Source: Fidelibacterota bacterium (GTDB taxonomy: Bacteria; Fidelibacterota; Marinisomatia; Marinisomatales; TCS55). From it: a stretch of 64,000 nt of DNA. Below the pieces are notes generated by a model, which was not told the origin of the DNA, did no database searches, and saw nothing but the letters and a program-made list of their open reading frames with translations. Both the position numbers and the translations under genes were made by a program. The stretch covers positions 368-64,367 of the forward strand of contig JASLML010000001.1 of assembly GCA_030746535.1 (NCBI GenBank), written 5' to 3'. Shown here one piece after another: positions 26,123 through 36,461 of the stretch; position 1 is the stretch's first letter; each line of letters opens with the position of its first letter.

Positions 26123-26635
26123 ATCGCTAAACAGAAGGAAATACGCATAAACGAGGATATTCGGGCGAAAGAGGTTCGATTGATTAGTGAAACGGGTGAG
26201 CAGCTTGGGATTGTGCCCATTGAAGATGCCATCGTAAGGGCGGAAGATGTAAACCTCGATTTGGTAGAAGTCGGAGGAAACTCGAATCCTCCGGTATGCA
26301 AACTTTTAAACTTTGGCAAAATAAAGTATGAGCAAAAGAAAAAGGCGCATCAAAGCAAAAAGAAACAGCATGTTATCAAAGTAAAAGAGATAAGAGTGAG
26401 GCCAAGTATCGGCGAACATGACCTAATGACAAAAGTAAATCAAGGAAGGAAGTTTTTACTGGAAGGTAATAAATTAAAGGTCACAATTATGTTCCGCGGA
26501 AGGGAATTATCCCGCGTTGACCTTGGAATGGAGGTCCTCGAGCGGATTGTTGAAATGCTGGATGATATATCCGAAATAGAAAAACAGACAGATTTAGAAG
26601 GCCGGCGCATGAATGTTGTGCTGACCGGGAGATAG
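26123..26635 (+). CDS. infC: Translation initiation factor IF-3 (non-AUG start; exact start uncertain)
   Basis: The in-frame translation upstream of the track's TTG (26180) reads IAKQKEIRINEDIRAKEVRLISETGEQLGIV, the conserved IF-3 N-terminus. Candidate starts are ATC 26123, ATA 26141/26147 and ATT 26159. There is no in-frame ATG. Confidence 0.85.
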   Translation: MAKQKEIRINEDIRAKEVRLISETGEQLGIVPIEDAIVRAEDVNLDLVEVGGNSNPPVCKLLNFGKIKYEQKKKAHQSKKKQHVIKVKEIRVRPSIGEHDLMTKVNQGRKFLLEGNKLKVTIMFRGRELSRVDLGMEVLERIVEMLDDISEIEKQTDLEGRRMNVVLTGR

Positions 26636-26644
26636 GGGAAAATT

Positions 26645-26839
26645 ATGCCTAAACAAAAAACTAGAAGCGGTGCGACAAAACGGTTTAAAAAAACCGGCAC
26701 CGGCAAATTAAAAAGAAACAAAGCAAACCATAGTCATATGCTGATTCGTCGGTCGAATAGCGCAAAACGAAAAATGCGTAAATCAGGACTTGTTTCCAAA
26801 TCGACGGAAAAACGCGTCAAGCGTATGATAGACAGTTAA
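26645..26839 (+). CDS. rpmI: 50S ribosomal protein L35
   Basis: MPKQKTRSGATKRFKKTGTGKLKR..., in the canonical position after infC. Confidence 0.95.
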   Translation: MPKQKTRSGATKRFKKTGTGKLKRNKANHSHMLIRRSNSAKRKMRKSGLVSKSTEKRVKRMIDS

Positions 26840-26853
26840 TCAGGAGATAACCA

Positions 26854-27201
26854 ATGCCAAGAGCAAACTCATCTGTACCGCGTCATCGCCGGCACAGAAA
26901 AATCGTAAAGCAGGCCAAGGGCTACTATGGTGCCCGGAGCCGCACGTTCAAAGCGGCCAAAGACGCCGTGGTCAAAGCAGGCACCTATGCCTACCGCGAC
27001 CGCCGCCAGCGTAAGCGCCAGTTCCGACGCCTGTGGATCACACGAATCAATGCAGCTGCCCGATTAAACGGAATTTCGTATTCCGCTTTTATCGCAGGTC
27101 TTAAATCCAAAGGTATCGAGCTGGACAGAAAAGTCCTCGCTGATATGGCCGTCAGAGAACCTGACGCATTCGCTGAGCTGGTAAAAACGATTCAGAACTA
27201 A
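26854..27201 (+). CDS. rplT: 50S ribosomal protein L20
   Basis: [20 protein letters not shown]...[16 protein letters not shown] is the canonical L20 sequence. Confidence 0.95.
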   Translation: MPRANSSVPRHRRHRKIVKQAKGYYGARSRTFKAAKDAVVKAGTYAYRDRRQRKRQFRRLWITRINAAARLNGISYSAFIAGLKSKGIELDRKVLADMAVREPDAFAELVKTIQN

Positions 27202-28194
27202 ATGGATCTGAAGCGGTCCATTGAATCCGTCAGAAAATCTTTTCTGGCAGATATCGAGAACCTACCGGCCGATCCAAAAGCACAAGAATCATTCCGCGTC
27301 CGCTATTTTGGCCGTAAAGGGGAAATTGCATCCTTATTTCAGCAGCTTAAGGATGCGAATGCTTCTGAGCGCCCCAAGCTCGGACAATTACTGAATGCCC
27401 TCAGAAATGATTTGACTTCCGCATTTGATGAAAAAACGGTAGGTAGTAAGAGCGGCGAAGATAGTATTGAAGCCGGGGATGTAGATTATTCGCTGCCGGG
27501 AATTCATCTTCCCGCCGGTTCTCTGCACCCCCTTCATCAAACACTGCAGGAAATGAAGGAAATATTTATTTCTCTCGGATTTTCCGTAGCATACGGCCCT
27601 GAGGTTGATGATGATTTTCACAATTTTCAAGCATTGAATATTCCAAAGCATCATCCGGCAAGAGATATGCAGGACACATTTTTTATTGATGATAACACGG
27701 TTCTCAGAACGCACACATCAAACGTGCAGATCCATTTGATGGAAAATCAGGATCCACCTTTACGATATATTGTCCCCGGACGCGTATACCGCAATGAAGC
27801 AATCAGTTTTAAAAGCTATTGCCTGTTTCATCAGGTTGAGGGATTGTTCGTAGATAAACACGTTTCTTTCCCTGATCTGAAGGGAACGCTTGAATTGTTT
27901 GTGAAGCGCTGTTTCGGCTCCAATGTAAAAATGAGATTCCGACCGAGCTTTTTCCCGTTCACAGAACCAAGTGCCGAAGTGGATATTTGGAGTGAATCAA
28001 AAGGTGAATGGCTGGAGATATTAGGCTGCGGAATGGTTGATCCAGAAGTGTTTAAAAATGTGGGATACGATCCGAAGATCTGGCGCGGATATGCGTTTGG
28101 AATGGGTGTGGAACGGATTGCTATGTTGAAATACGGCATTGATGACATCCGGCTTTTTTACCAAGGCGATACGCGCTTTTTGGAGCAGTTCTGA
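27202..28194 (+). CDS. pheS: Phenylalanine--tRNA ligase alpha subunit
   Basis: HPARDMQDTFF, RTHTS, FRPSFFPFTEPSAEVD and GMGVERIAML. Confidence 0.95.
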   Translation: MDLKRSIESVRKSFLADIENLPADPKAQESFRVRYFGRKGEIASLFQQLKDANASERPKLGQLLNALRNDLTSAFDEKTVGSKSGEDSIEAGDVDYSLPGIHLPAGSLHPLHQTLQEMKEIFISLGFSVAYGPEVDDDFHNFQALNIPKHHPARDMQDTFFIDDNTVLRTHTSNVQIHLMENQDPPLRYIVPGRVYRNEAISFKSYCLFHQVEGLFVDKHVSFPDLKGTLELFVKRCFGSNVKMRFRPSFFPFTEPSAEVDIWSESKGEWLEILGCGMVDPEVFKNVGYDPKIWRGYAFGMGVERIAMLKYGIDDIRLFYQGDTRFLEQF

Positions 28195-30575
28195 TGCGCG
28201 TTTCCTATAATTGGTTAAACGAGTTTGTAGATCTCAAAGAATCACCCGAAGCATTGGCTGAAATGCTGACAATGCTCGGCCTTGAAGCGGAAGTAGCGTC
28301 CAATTTTGATGATATTAATGGTGTGATTGTCGGGAAAGTGGTATCCGTCAGGAAACATCCAAATGCGGATAAATTATCCCTGGCTACAGTTTCCGACGGT
28401 TTTAAATCCGTGGAAGTTGTTTGCGGAGCGCCAAATGTTGCCGAAGGGCAGACGGTTCCATTTGCGCCGATAGGATCGTTGCTTCCTGGCGGATTCAAAA
28501 TCAAAAAAGTCAAAATCAGAGGAATGGAAAGCACCGGTATGATTTGTTCCGAAAAAGAGCTCGGACTGTCGGATTATCATGACGGTATCATGGAATTGCC
28601 TGATGGTTTGCAAGCCGGTTCTTCGGTTACAGATTGGCTGATGAAAGAATTTCAATCCATTGATTTGGACCTTACGCCTAATCGAGGAGATGCTTTGGCG
28701 GTAATCGGCGTGGCGCGGGACATTTCGGCAAAAACCGGTAGAAAACTGAATGTTTCTATTCAGGAGAAACATAAGGCTGCTGCCCTTACGAAAAATCACG
28801 TTCCGGTAAAATTAACGGATAAATCGGGCTGCCCAAGATATATTGCAGGAATTGTTCATGGAATTACCGTTGGCCCTACGCCGGATTGGATTGTAACAAA
28901 ACTAAAAGCATCGGGACTGCGAAGCATCAATAATGTTGTTGATATTTCTAATGTTGTGCTGCTTGAGCTCGGTCACCCGACGCACATATTTGATCTTGAC
29001 AAAATTTCAGCGAAGCAGATCGATGTTAGAAAAGCCAAAAAAGGCGAAAAGCTGGTCGGCCTGGACGGAGAAACGTATAAATGCAGCACTGATCATTTGC
29101 TTATTACCGATGGAAAAAATCCATTAGCTCTTGCCGGAATCATGGGCGGGAAGGATTCGATGGTGACAGAAAGTACCACTTCGGTTCTCATTGAAAGCGC
29201 ATATTTTGATCCAGTCACCATTCGAAAAGGCGCTAAGGCATTAGGATTAAGGTCGGAAGCATCGCGCAGATTTGAGCGCGGAGCGGATATCAATGCGTGC
29301 CCTGCGGCCTATAATCGGGTAGCTGAATTGCTAATCGAAATTGCCGGCGGAGAAGCTGTGAAAGGATACATAGATGCCTATCCTAAAAAATTCAAACCGA
29401 ATAAAGTGACCCTTTCCCGTTCTGAACTCGACCTCATTTCAGGTCAGAAAATATCCGACACATTTGTCAGCAAAACTCTGAAAGCTCTCGGAATCAAAGC
29501 AGTGAAAAATAAATCTTCCTGGTCTTGTGAAATTCCGAGTTTCCGTCCAGACATTGAGCGGGAAATTGATGTAATAGAAGAAATTATTCGAATGCACGGT
29601 TTTGACAATGTTCCGGTGAGCACACATTTTTCCGGTATTCATTCGACTGATAATCCTGATCCGCATCAGACTGTTAACGAAATTTCACAGGCATTGGCCG
29701 GGATGGGATTTAGACAGTGCTATTCAAATTCGCTTCAGTCTGAAACAGTCGCAAAAGCGGGAGGAGGAAAACCGGTCGCTATGAAAAATCCCTTGAGCGA
29801 ACAAATGGCACATTTGCGGACATCATTAATTCCCGGACTGATGAAAAAAGTGGATTTTAACTGTGCAAACGGGAATCGAGATCTTAGGCTTTTTGAAACC
29901 GGTAATGTTTTCGTGCAAAAGGGGAAAGGGCTTAAGGGAATTCAGGAAAACCATAAGATCGCCGGTGTTGTCCATGGGAAATGGAACAAAGAGGATGTGC
30001 ATTCAACCAATGGAATGGAATCTTCATTATTTTCAGTTAAAGGTCTCCTCCAATCATTAGCAGCAAGATTTTCCCTGAATGATATTCAATTTATCGCCGC
30101 TGAATCTAAAATATTTGATCATGGTCAGGATGTAATCATCAACGGAAGATCCGTTGGATTGGTTGGTAAAATCGGGAAAGAATACCTTCGGTCAATTGAT
30201 TCGGAAACACGTTCTGCTTTCGGCTTTGAGCTTAACTTTGACTCCATACTTCAAATGATTGGAGAAACAATTCAATATCGTCCAATTAACACTTTTCCCG
30301 TTAGTGACAGAGATTTGAACTTTGTCCTGCCGAACCGTGTGTCATCCGGCAGTGTTGTTGAAGCCGTCAGAAAGGAAGGCGGTGATCTTTTGCGGTCTGT
30401 GAATCCGGTGAATATTTTTTCTGGTGATTCCATAGGAAATGATTCCAGATCTGTCACATTCAGGCTTGTATTTCAGCATCCTTCAAAAACACTTGAAGAT
30501 TCGGACGTAAATCCATTGATAAAAGGAATTATAGACGTTGTTTCAAAGAAATTTGATGGTAAATTAAGGTCATGA
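28194..30575 (+). CDS. pheT: Phenylalanine--tRNA ligase beta subunit
   Basis: MRVSYNWLNEFVDL N-terminus, tRNA-binding domain (HPNADKL), and the B3/4, B5 and FDX-ACB C-terminal domains. ATGA overlap with pheS. Confidence 0.95.
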   Translation: MRVSYNWLNEFVDLKESPEALAEMLTMLGLEAEVASNFDDINGVIVGKVVSVRKHPNADKLSLATVSDGFKSVEVVCGAPNVAEGQTVPFAPIGSLLPGGFKIKKVKIRGMESTGMICSEKELGLSDYHDGIMELPDGLQAGSSVTDWLMKEFQSIDLDLTPNRGDALAVIGVARDISAKTGRKLNVSIQEKHKAAALTKNHVPVKLTDKSGCPRYIAGIVHGITVGPTPDWIVTKLKASGLRSINNVVDISNVVLLELGHPTHIFDLDKISAKQIDVRKAKKGEKLVGLDGETYKCSTDHLLITDGKNPLALAGIMGGKDSMVTESTTSVLIESAYFDPVTIRKGAKALGLRSEASRRFERGADINACPAAYNRVAELLIEIAGGEAVKGYIDAYPKKFKPNKVTLSRSELDLISGQKISDTFVSKTLKALGIKAVKNKSSWSCEIPSFRPDIEREIDVIEEIIRMHGFDNVPVSTHFSGIHSTDNPDPHQTVNEISQALAGMGFRQCYSNSLQSETVAKAGGGKPVAMKNPLSEQMAHLRTSLIPGLMKKVDFNCANGNRDLRLFETGNVFVQKGKGLKGIQENHKIAGVVHGKWNKEDVHSTNGMESSLFSVKGLLQSLAARFSLNDIQFIAAESKIFDHGQDVIINGRSVGLVGKIGKEYLRSIDSETRSAFGFELNFDSILQMIGETIQYRPINTFPVSDRDLNFVLPNRVSSGSVVEAVRKEGGDLLRSVNPVNIFSGDSIGNDSRSVTFRLVFQHPSKTLEDSDVNPLIKGIIDVVSKKFDGKLRS

Positions 30576-30886
30576 GCAATCAAGATATCTCACCAGACGA
30601 TCACGATAATTTGGTGCGCGTTTCAATCTTCGGACAGGAATACACAGTCAAGGCGCCGGCAGATTCTTCTTATATCAAAAATATAGCAGAATATGTTGAT
30701 ACTAAGATGCACGAAGTTCAGGATGGATTAAGTTCTCCGCAATCGCCGACTCGCATCGCCATCCTTGCCGCGATGAATGTTACAGACGAACTGTTTACCG
30801 CAAATCGTGATAAAGACAATCTGGCCAATACGGTAGAGTCTAAGATTTCATCGCTCGTTGAGAAAATCGACGAAGAATTAGCGTAA
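30572..30886 (+). CDS. zapA: Cell division protein ZapA
   Basis: VSIFGQEYTVKAPADSSYIKNIAEYVDTKMHEV...ILAAMNVTDEL is the ZapA pattern. This is the common post-pheT location. Confidence 0.7.
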   Translation: MSNQDISPDDHDNLVRVSIFGQEYTVKAPADSSYIKNIAEYVDTKMHEVQDGLSSPQSPTRIAILAAMNVTDELFTANRDKDNLANTVESKISSLVEKIDEELA

Positions 30887-30904
30887 AGCATTTCAGATTC
30901 TGCC

Positions 30905-31789
30905 ATGCCTGAAGCTCAACTGCTTTCCGGGAAAACAGTCAGCGAATCCGTTTATCAATCCTTAATTCCAAGGATTTCAGCATTACAGTCCAAAAATATT
31001 ACGCCGGGGCTTGCCGCTGTTTTAGTTGGTGAAAATCCCGCCAGCAAGGTATATGTAAGAAATAAGACCAACCGCTTCAGAAAACTCGGATTATTTACGG
31101 AAACGCACACCCTTCCTGCCGATACTGAAGAAGAGGATTTGCTGAAGCTGATAGAAACGTTGAATACGGATGATCGATTCCATGGGATTCTGATCCAGCT
31201 TCCGCTTCCGAATTCGATTGATAATCAATCTGTATTGCTTGTAGTTGATCCCAGAAAAGACGTTGACGGTTTTCATCCTGAAAATATGGGTTTATTGACA
31301 TCGGGAACACCGCGCTTCATTCCGTGCACGCCAAAGGGAATTTTGAGAATACTGGAACACTACGATATTGAAACAGAGGGGAAAAGGGTTGCCGTAGTAG
31401 GAAGGAGCAATATAGTCGGCAGGCCGATGTCAATCCTGCTGAGTTTGAAAAGAAATCCGGGAAATGCAACAGTTACGATTTGCCATACGCGGACTAAAAA
31501 TCAGAAGGGAATTACAAATTCTGCAGACATTTTGATTTCTGCCGCTGGCGTCCCCAATTCTATAACAGATGCAGATATTTCAGAAGGTGCTGTTGTTATT
31601 GATGTCGGAATCAACAGAGTAGAGGATGATTCCGAAAAAGGATATTCTCTCGTGGGTGATGTAGATTTTAACTCTGTTGCCGGTAAAGCGTCCGCAATTA
31701 CTCCAGTTCCGGGAGGGGTTGGACCTATGACAATTGCAATGCTCGTAGAAAATACAGTGGAAGCTGCGGAAAGCACCTTACCTAAATAA
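30905..31789 (+). CDS. folD: Bifunctional methylenetetrahydrofolate dehydrogenase/cyclohydrolase
   Basis: PGLAAVLVGENPASKVYVRNK, ILIQLPLP, DVDGFHP, VVGRSNIVGRP and PVPGGVGPMTIAML. Confidence 0.95.
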   Translation: MPEAQLLSGKTVSESVYQSLIPRISALQSKNITPGLAAVLVGENPASKVYVRNKTNRFRKLGLFTETHTLPADTEEEDLLKLIETLNTDDRFHGILIQLPLPNSIDNQSVLLVVDPRKDVDGFHPENMGLLTSGTPRFIPCTPKGILRILEHYDIETEGKRVAVVGRSNIVGRPMSILLSLKRNPGNATVTICHTRTKNQKGITNSADILISAAGVPNSITDADISEGAVVIDVGINRVEDDSEKGYSLVGDVDFNSVAGKASAITPVPGGVGPMTIAMLVENTVEAAESTLPK

Positions 31790-31818
31790 ATCAATTTCAG
31801 TAAATTACCGTACTATAT

Positions 31819-31892
31819 GCGCCCGTAGCTCAGCTGGATAGAGCGCATGCCTCCGGAGCATGAGGTCACAGGTTCGAATCCTGTCGGGCGTA
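31819..31892 (+). tRNA. tRNA-Arg (anticodon CCG)
   Basis: Manual cloverleaf: acceptor GCGCCCG/CGGGCGT (G1-U72), D arm GCTC-AGCTGGATA-GAGC, anticodon stem CATGC/GCATG with loop CTCCGGA, T arm ACAGG-TTCGAAT-CCTGT. Confidence 0.85.
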
Positions 31893-31903
31893 CACATACT
31901 TTC

Positions 31904-32215
31904 ATGAAATACATGCTTATAATGTCAACAGCCGGTTCAAAAAAAGAAGCGGATTTAATCGCGGAAACTCTTGTAAAAGAAAAACTTGCGGCTTGTGTCA
32001 ATATTATTCCGGTTGCAACGTCCGTGTATAAATGGAAAAATGAATTGTGTAGAGATTCAGAATTGCTTCTATTTATAAAGACAGTCGAACCGCAAAAAGA
32101 AAGAGTGGAAGCAAGAATCTCTGAAATACATTCTTATGACAATCCTGAAATTATTTTCCTGCCGATTGAAGGCGGTTCTCAAACATACCTGGATTGGATA
32201 AATGAATCTGTTTAA
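31904..32215 (+). CDS. cutA: Divalent-cation tolerance protein CutA
   Basis: LAACVNIIPVATSVYKWKNEL...SELLLFIKT...HSYDNPEIIFLPIEGGSQTYLDWI is the canonical CutA sequence. The start is set at ATG 31904, because the longer ORF (31847) runs through the tRNA gene. Confidence 0.85.
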   Translation: MKYMLIMSTAGSKKEADLIAETLVKEKLAACVNIIPVATSVYKWKNELCRDSELLLFIKTVEPQKERVEARISEIHSYDNPEIIFLPIEGGSQTYLDWINESV

Positions 32216-33203
32216 TTCACGTTCATTTAAGTTTGTCGCCTATATGCTGCTGCTGATAACCATCGGAACGATAGGCTTTTTTATTATCGGGGGAGATCAA
32301 TGGAGCATCATTGACAGCCTTTATATGACGCTCATAACGCTTTCTACCGTTGGATTCAGCGAAGTGCATCCATTGGATGAATCCGGCAGGGTTTGGGCGA
32401 TGATCCTCATTATATTTGGCGTAAGCGGATTTGCATACGTTATTTCACAATTTGGAACCGAATTATTGGAATTCGGTCATTACCGGAGTAGAAAAATGAA
32501 GAAACATATCGAAAAACTGGAAAATCATTATATCGTTTGCGGTTACGGCAGAATGGGAGCAGTGATCGCGGCGGAATTATCCGATAAAGAGATTCCGTTT
32601 GTGGTAATCGAAAATAATGAAAGTAAAATCGAAAAAGTGCAGGAAAAGGGATACAATTTTATATACGATGATGCAACACTCGAAGAAACACTTTTGGAAG
32701 CGGGAATTAAATCCGCCAGCGGTGTTGTGGTGACGCTGAATACCGATCAGGACAATTTATTCGTTACCATGTCGGTACGCACGCTGAATACTGATGCATT
32801 CCTTGTGTCGCGTTACAGTATGAGTGATACAGCGGCAAAATTAACGCGTGCGGGCGCTAACAAGGTGGTAAATCCGTACGTTGCCGGCGGACATAAAATG
32901 TCTGAACTGCTCATCAGTCCGTTTCTTGAAGACAGTGTTTCCATTAGGACTCCGCAGCAGAATATCATCGATTTAGCCATTGATGAAATGAAAATAAAAA
33001 ATATTCCTAAATATGACGGTGTTTCAATCAAAGAATCCGGATTACGTGAAGAATTTCACGTGAGTGTTGTTGGAATTGTAGATGAGGATGGGAATGTGAG
33101 CATCAACCCAAAACCTGATACTGTTATGCAAAAATCTCATACAGTTATGCTGATAGGAGAAAAGGAACATTTAATAAAACTATTAGATTCGCTGGATTTG
33201 TGA
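32202..33203 (+). CDS. Two-TM potassium-channel-type protein with cytoplasmic RCK/TrkA-N and TrkA-C domains (atypical filter TVGFSE)
   Basis: TM1, then pore helix and filter SLYMTLITLSTVGFSEV, then TM2, then the Rossmann motif IVCGYGRMG. Confidence 0.8.
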   Translation: MNLFNSRSFKFVAYMLLLITIGTIGFFIIGGDQWSIIDSLYMTLITLSTVGFSEVHPLDESGRVWAMILIIFGVSGFAYVISQFGTELLEFGHYRSRKMKKHIEKLENHYIVCGYGRMGAVIAAELSDKEIPFVVIENNESKIEKVQEKGYNFIYDDATLEETLLEAGIKSASGVVVTLNTDQDNLFVTMSVRTLNTDAFLVSRYSMSDTAAKLTRAGANKVVNPYVAGGHKMSELLISPFLEDSVSIRTPQQNIIDLAIDEMKIKNIPKYDGVSIKESGLREEFHVSVVGIVDEDGNVSINPKPDTVMQKSHTVMLIGEKEHLIKLLDSLDL

Positions 33204-33252
33204 TAATTGCACATAAGATATGTTATGTATAATTAGATATAATATAAAATAA

Positions 33253-35667
33253 TTATTTCACGACGAAGTTTACCAATCGTCCCTTAACATATATTTCTTT
33301 AATTATAGTTTTCCCCTTTAAATATTCCTGAATTCTGTTTTCTTCCTTTGCGGATGCAATGATTACCTTTTCAACGGTGTCTGCAGCACAATCGATACTT
33401 CCGCGAAGTTTTCCGTTCACCTGAACTGCTATAGTGATCATATCTTCTTTTGCGAGGGTTTCGTCAAAATTTGGCCATGATTGATATGCTATTGTTTTTT
33501 CGTGTCCAAATTGTTCCCATATTTCTTCAGCTGCATGCGGTATAAACGGCGCCAGCAGCATTGTGAATGTTTCAATAACGGACTTGTTAATAGTTTCCAG
33601 GGTTGTTAAATGATTTACAAAAATCATCATTTGGGAAATTGCCGTATTAAAATCAAGATTTTCGATATCATCGGTCACTTTTTTAATGGTTTGATGCAAT
33701 AATTTAACGGTTTCATCATTTGGTGTATCTTCATTAATATTTTCATTTAAGCCGTCTTCATCAAAAAGTTTACCCCACAATTTATTTATGAACCGTGAGC
33801 AACCCTGTAGTCCGGTAGTTGACCACGGTTTTGCCTTATCAAGAGGTCCCATAAACATTTCATAAAGCCGCATGGAATCCGCACCGAATTCTTCAACTAT
33901 TTCATCCGGATTAATTACGTTTCCGCGGGATTTGCTCATTTTTGATCCGTCGCTGCCGAGAATCATTCCCTGATTGAATAATTTTTGAAAGGGTTCTTTA
34001 GTGGATACATGTCCCAAATCATATAAAACATGGTGCCAGAACCGAGCATATAATAAATGAAGTACAGCATGTTCCTGTCCGCCAATATACAAATCTACCG
34101 GCATCCAATATTTTTCCTTCCCGGAATCCCAACCGGTCTCTGAATTGCCTGGATCGATGTAGCGTAAATAATACCAGCAGGATCCCGCCCATTGCGGCAT
34201 TGTATGCGTTTCGCGGATTCCAATAACGGATCCGTTCTCATCTTTTATCTCAACCCAGTCAGAAATGGTGGCAAGGGGTGATTCCCCTGTTCCAGAAGGT
34301 TCATATTTTTCCACTTCCGGAAGTTTCACCGGAAGGTCATTCTCAGGAACAGCCTCTGTTTCGCCGTTTTTATGAATAAGTGGAAACGGCTCACCCCAAT
34401 ATCTTTGTCGTGAAAAAAGCCAGTCACGTAATTTGTAATTGACCTGCTTCCTCCCTGTCCCGTTTTTTTCAAGAGATTCAATCATGGCCTTTATGGACTC
34501 TTCTACATGCATTCCATTCAGAAAATCACTGTTTATCGCCAGACCGTCACCCAAGTAGGCTTCTCCGTCAAAATCTTCGGGAGGCTGTACAGTTCTGATA
34601 ATTGGCAAATCAAATTCCGTAGCGAATTCCCAATCTCTCTGATCCTGCCCCGGGACTGCCATGATTGCGCCTGTTCCATAAGACATTAAAACATAATCAG
34701 CGATCCATATGGGAATCTTTTGATTATTAACAGGGTTTACTGCAAAACTTCCCGTAAAAACGCCGGTTTTGTCTTTATTCAGCTCTCCCCTTTCCAAATC
34801 TGATTTTCGGCTTGCGGCTTCCTGATAATCATTCACAGCTTTCTTTTGATCATCTATTGTCAGCGGATCAGCAAGTGGATGCTCCGGTGAAAGTACCATG
34901 TAGGTCGCGCCAAAAAGAGTATCCGGACGAGTTGTGAATACACGGATAACGTCCTCTTTCCCATCCACCTTAAAGTTCACATCCGCACCTTCAGACCGTC
35001 CAATCCAGTTCCTTTGAAGATCTTTTACATGCTCTGGCCAATCAAGATTATCAAGTCCTTCAAGAAGAGATTCTGCGTAATCAGTGATTTTCAGCATCCA
35101 CTGTTTCATTGGAACTCGCTGCACGGGATGTCCCCCGCGTTCAGATTTCCCATCTATTACTTCTTCATTCGCTAAAACTGTTTTCAGTTCGGGACACCAA
35201 TTCACTGGAACTTCCGCCTGGTAAGCCAATCCTTTGTTGTAAAGCTGAAGAAAAATCCACTGTGTCCATTTATAATAGTCCGGATCCGTCGTATTGATTT
35301 CTCTATCCCAATCGTATGAAAATCCAAGCATTTTAATCTGACGTTTAAAATTATTGATATTCTTCTCTGTTGTTTCCGCAGGATGTGTTCCGGTTTGAAT
35401 GGCGTATTGTTCCGCTGGCAGACCAAACGCATCCCATCCCATCGGATGCAGCACATTGAATCCCTTCATTCGTTTATATCGGGCTACAATATCGGTAGCG
35501 ATATAACCGAGCGGATGGCCTACATGGAGTCCAGAACCGGATGGATACGGAAACATGTCCAGCACATAATATTTAGGTTTTTCTGACAAATCATTTGTTT
35601 TGAATGTTTTGTTTTCATCCCAGAATGATTGCCATTTGGCTTCTAATGTTTTATGATCGTATGTCAT
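33253..35667 (-). CDS. leuS: Leucine--tRNA ligase
   Basis: [18 protein letters not shown] (HIGH), the KMSKSRGN (KMSKS) motif and the CP1 editing domain. 804 aa. Confidence 0.95.
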   Translation of the reverse strand: MTYDHKTLEAKWQSFWDENKTFKTNDLSEKPKYYVLDMFPYPSGSGLHVGHPLGYIATDIVARYKRMKGFNVLHPMGWDAFGLPAEQYAIQTGTHPAETTEKNINNFKRQIKMLGFSYDWDREINTTDPDYYKWTQWIFLQLYNKGLAYQAEVPVNWCPELKTVLANEEVIDGKSERGGHPVQRVPMKQWMLKITDYAESLLEGLDNLDWPEHVKDLQRNWIGRSEGADVNFKVDGKEDVIRVFTTRPDTLFGATYMVLSPEHPLADPLTIDDQKKAVNDYQEAASRKSDLERGELNKDKTGVFTGSFAVNPVNNQKIPIWIADYVLMSYGTGAIMAVPGQDQRDWEFATEFDLPIIRTVQPPEDFDGEAYLGDGLAINSDFLNGMHVEESIKAMIESLEKNGTGRKQVNYKLRDWLFSRQRYWGEPFPLIHKNGETEAVPENDLPVKLPEVEKYEPSGTGESPLATISDWVEIKDENGSVIGIRETHTMPQWAGSCWYYLRYIDPGNSETGWDSGKEKYWMPVDLYIGGQEHAVLHLLYARFWHHVLYDLGHVSTKEPFQKLFNQGMILGSDGSKMSKSRGNVINPDEIVEEFGADSMRLYEMFMGPLDKAKPWSTTGLQGCSRFINKLWGKLFDEDGLNENINEDTPNDETVKLLHQTIKKVTDDIENLDFNTAISQMMIFVNHLTTLETINKSVIETFTMLLAPFIPHAAEEIWEQFGHEKTIAYQSWPNFDETLAKEDMITIAVQVNGKLRGSIDCAADTVEKVIIASAKEENRIQEYLKGKTIIKEIYVKGRLVNFVVK

Positions 35668-35721
35668 GCGAGAATAATGTGAACCATGAAATCGGGGCGA
35701 CCTCGTCTCTAATTATTTTTG

Positions 35722-35796
35722 TCGGGGTGAGAGGATTTGAACCTCCGACCTCGTCGTCCCGAACGACGCGCGCTAACCGGGCTGCGCTACACCCCG
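35722..35796 (-). tRNA. tRNA-Pro (anticodon CGG)
   Basis: Reverse-complement cloverleaf: acceptor CGGGGTG/CACCCCG, D arm GCGC-AGCCCGGTTA-GCGC, anticodon stem CGTCG/CGACG with loop TTCGGGA, T arm GGAGG-TTCAAAT-CCTCT. Confidence 0.9.
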
Positions 35797-35840
35797 AAAT
35801 TGATACTAAATCTAAGATAATTAGCCTACCGGTGATATGT

Positions 35841-36461
35841 TTATATGAGGTATTTAACGAACATAAATCCGCAAAAAAGCAGAATAATAAAAACAACAGC
35901 AAGTGTATTGAAGTATTTATCGATGAAACCACGGATCGGATCTCCATATTTCCAGATTAATAACCCCACTAAAAAGAATCGCGCAGATCGGCTTATCGTT
36001 GAAGCAATTAGAAACATCAATAAATTCACATCAAATGCACCTGCAGAAATTGTGAATACTTTAAATGGAATTGGAGTAAATCCGGCGGTAAAAACGATCC
36101 AGAAGTTCCATATTTCAAATTTTGACTGAATTCTGTAAAAAACAGATTCGGAAAATCCGGGAACATGTTTAAAAAAGAATTCGGCTATTCCTGAAAATGC
36201 TGATTCTCCGCTCCACCACAAATAATATCCTATCCCATACCCGATCAGCGCACCAATAATTGAACCTGCTGCACATAAAAATGCAAATTTGAATGATTTT
36301 GCTCTCATACCCAACGCAAGGGCAATCAGCAACGCATCTGGAGGAATTGGAAAAAATGAAGATTCTGCAACGGCCAATAAGAACAATGCTGCTGGGCCGA
36401 AGGGTGTATTTGCCCAATGCAGCATCCAATCATACAATTTTCGTACAAATTTCATAGGCAA
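35841..36461 (-). CDS. YqaA-family membrane protein (SNARE-associated/DedA-related)
   Basis: LLAVAESSFFPIPPDALLIALAL is the YqaA/DedA-like signature. About 4-5 TM segments. Confidence 0.65.
   Translation of the reverse strand: MPMKFVRKLYDWMLHWANTPFGPAALFLLAVAESSFFPIPPDALLIALALGMRAKSFKFAFLCAAGSIIGALIGYGIGYYLWWSGESAFSGIAEFFFKHVPGFSESVFYRIQSKFEIWNFWIVFTAGFTPIPFKVFTISAGAFDVNLLMFLIASTISRSARFFLVGLLIWKYGDPIRGFIDKYFNTLAVVFIILLFCGFMFVKYLI

Noticed and set aside
31813-32001. A 62-aa minus-strand ORF, and the 5' extension of the cutA ORF (31847-31903), both overlapping tRNA-Arg(CCG).
   Set aside because: Both run through a well-folded tRNA gene. The translations (for example GFEPVTSCSG) are the typical artefact of reading a tRNA T-arm. 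cutA has a proper ATG at 31904.
35604-35960. ORFs on both strands (35604..35960 + and 35651..35947 -) between leuS and yqaA.
   Set aside because: They cover tRNA-Pro(CGG) and AT-rich spacer. The peptide motif GFEPPTSS is the T-arm read-through artefact. No SD is present.
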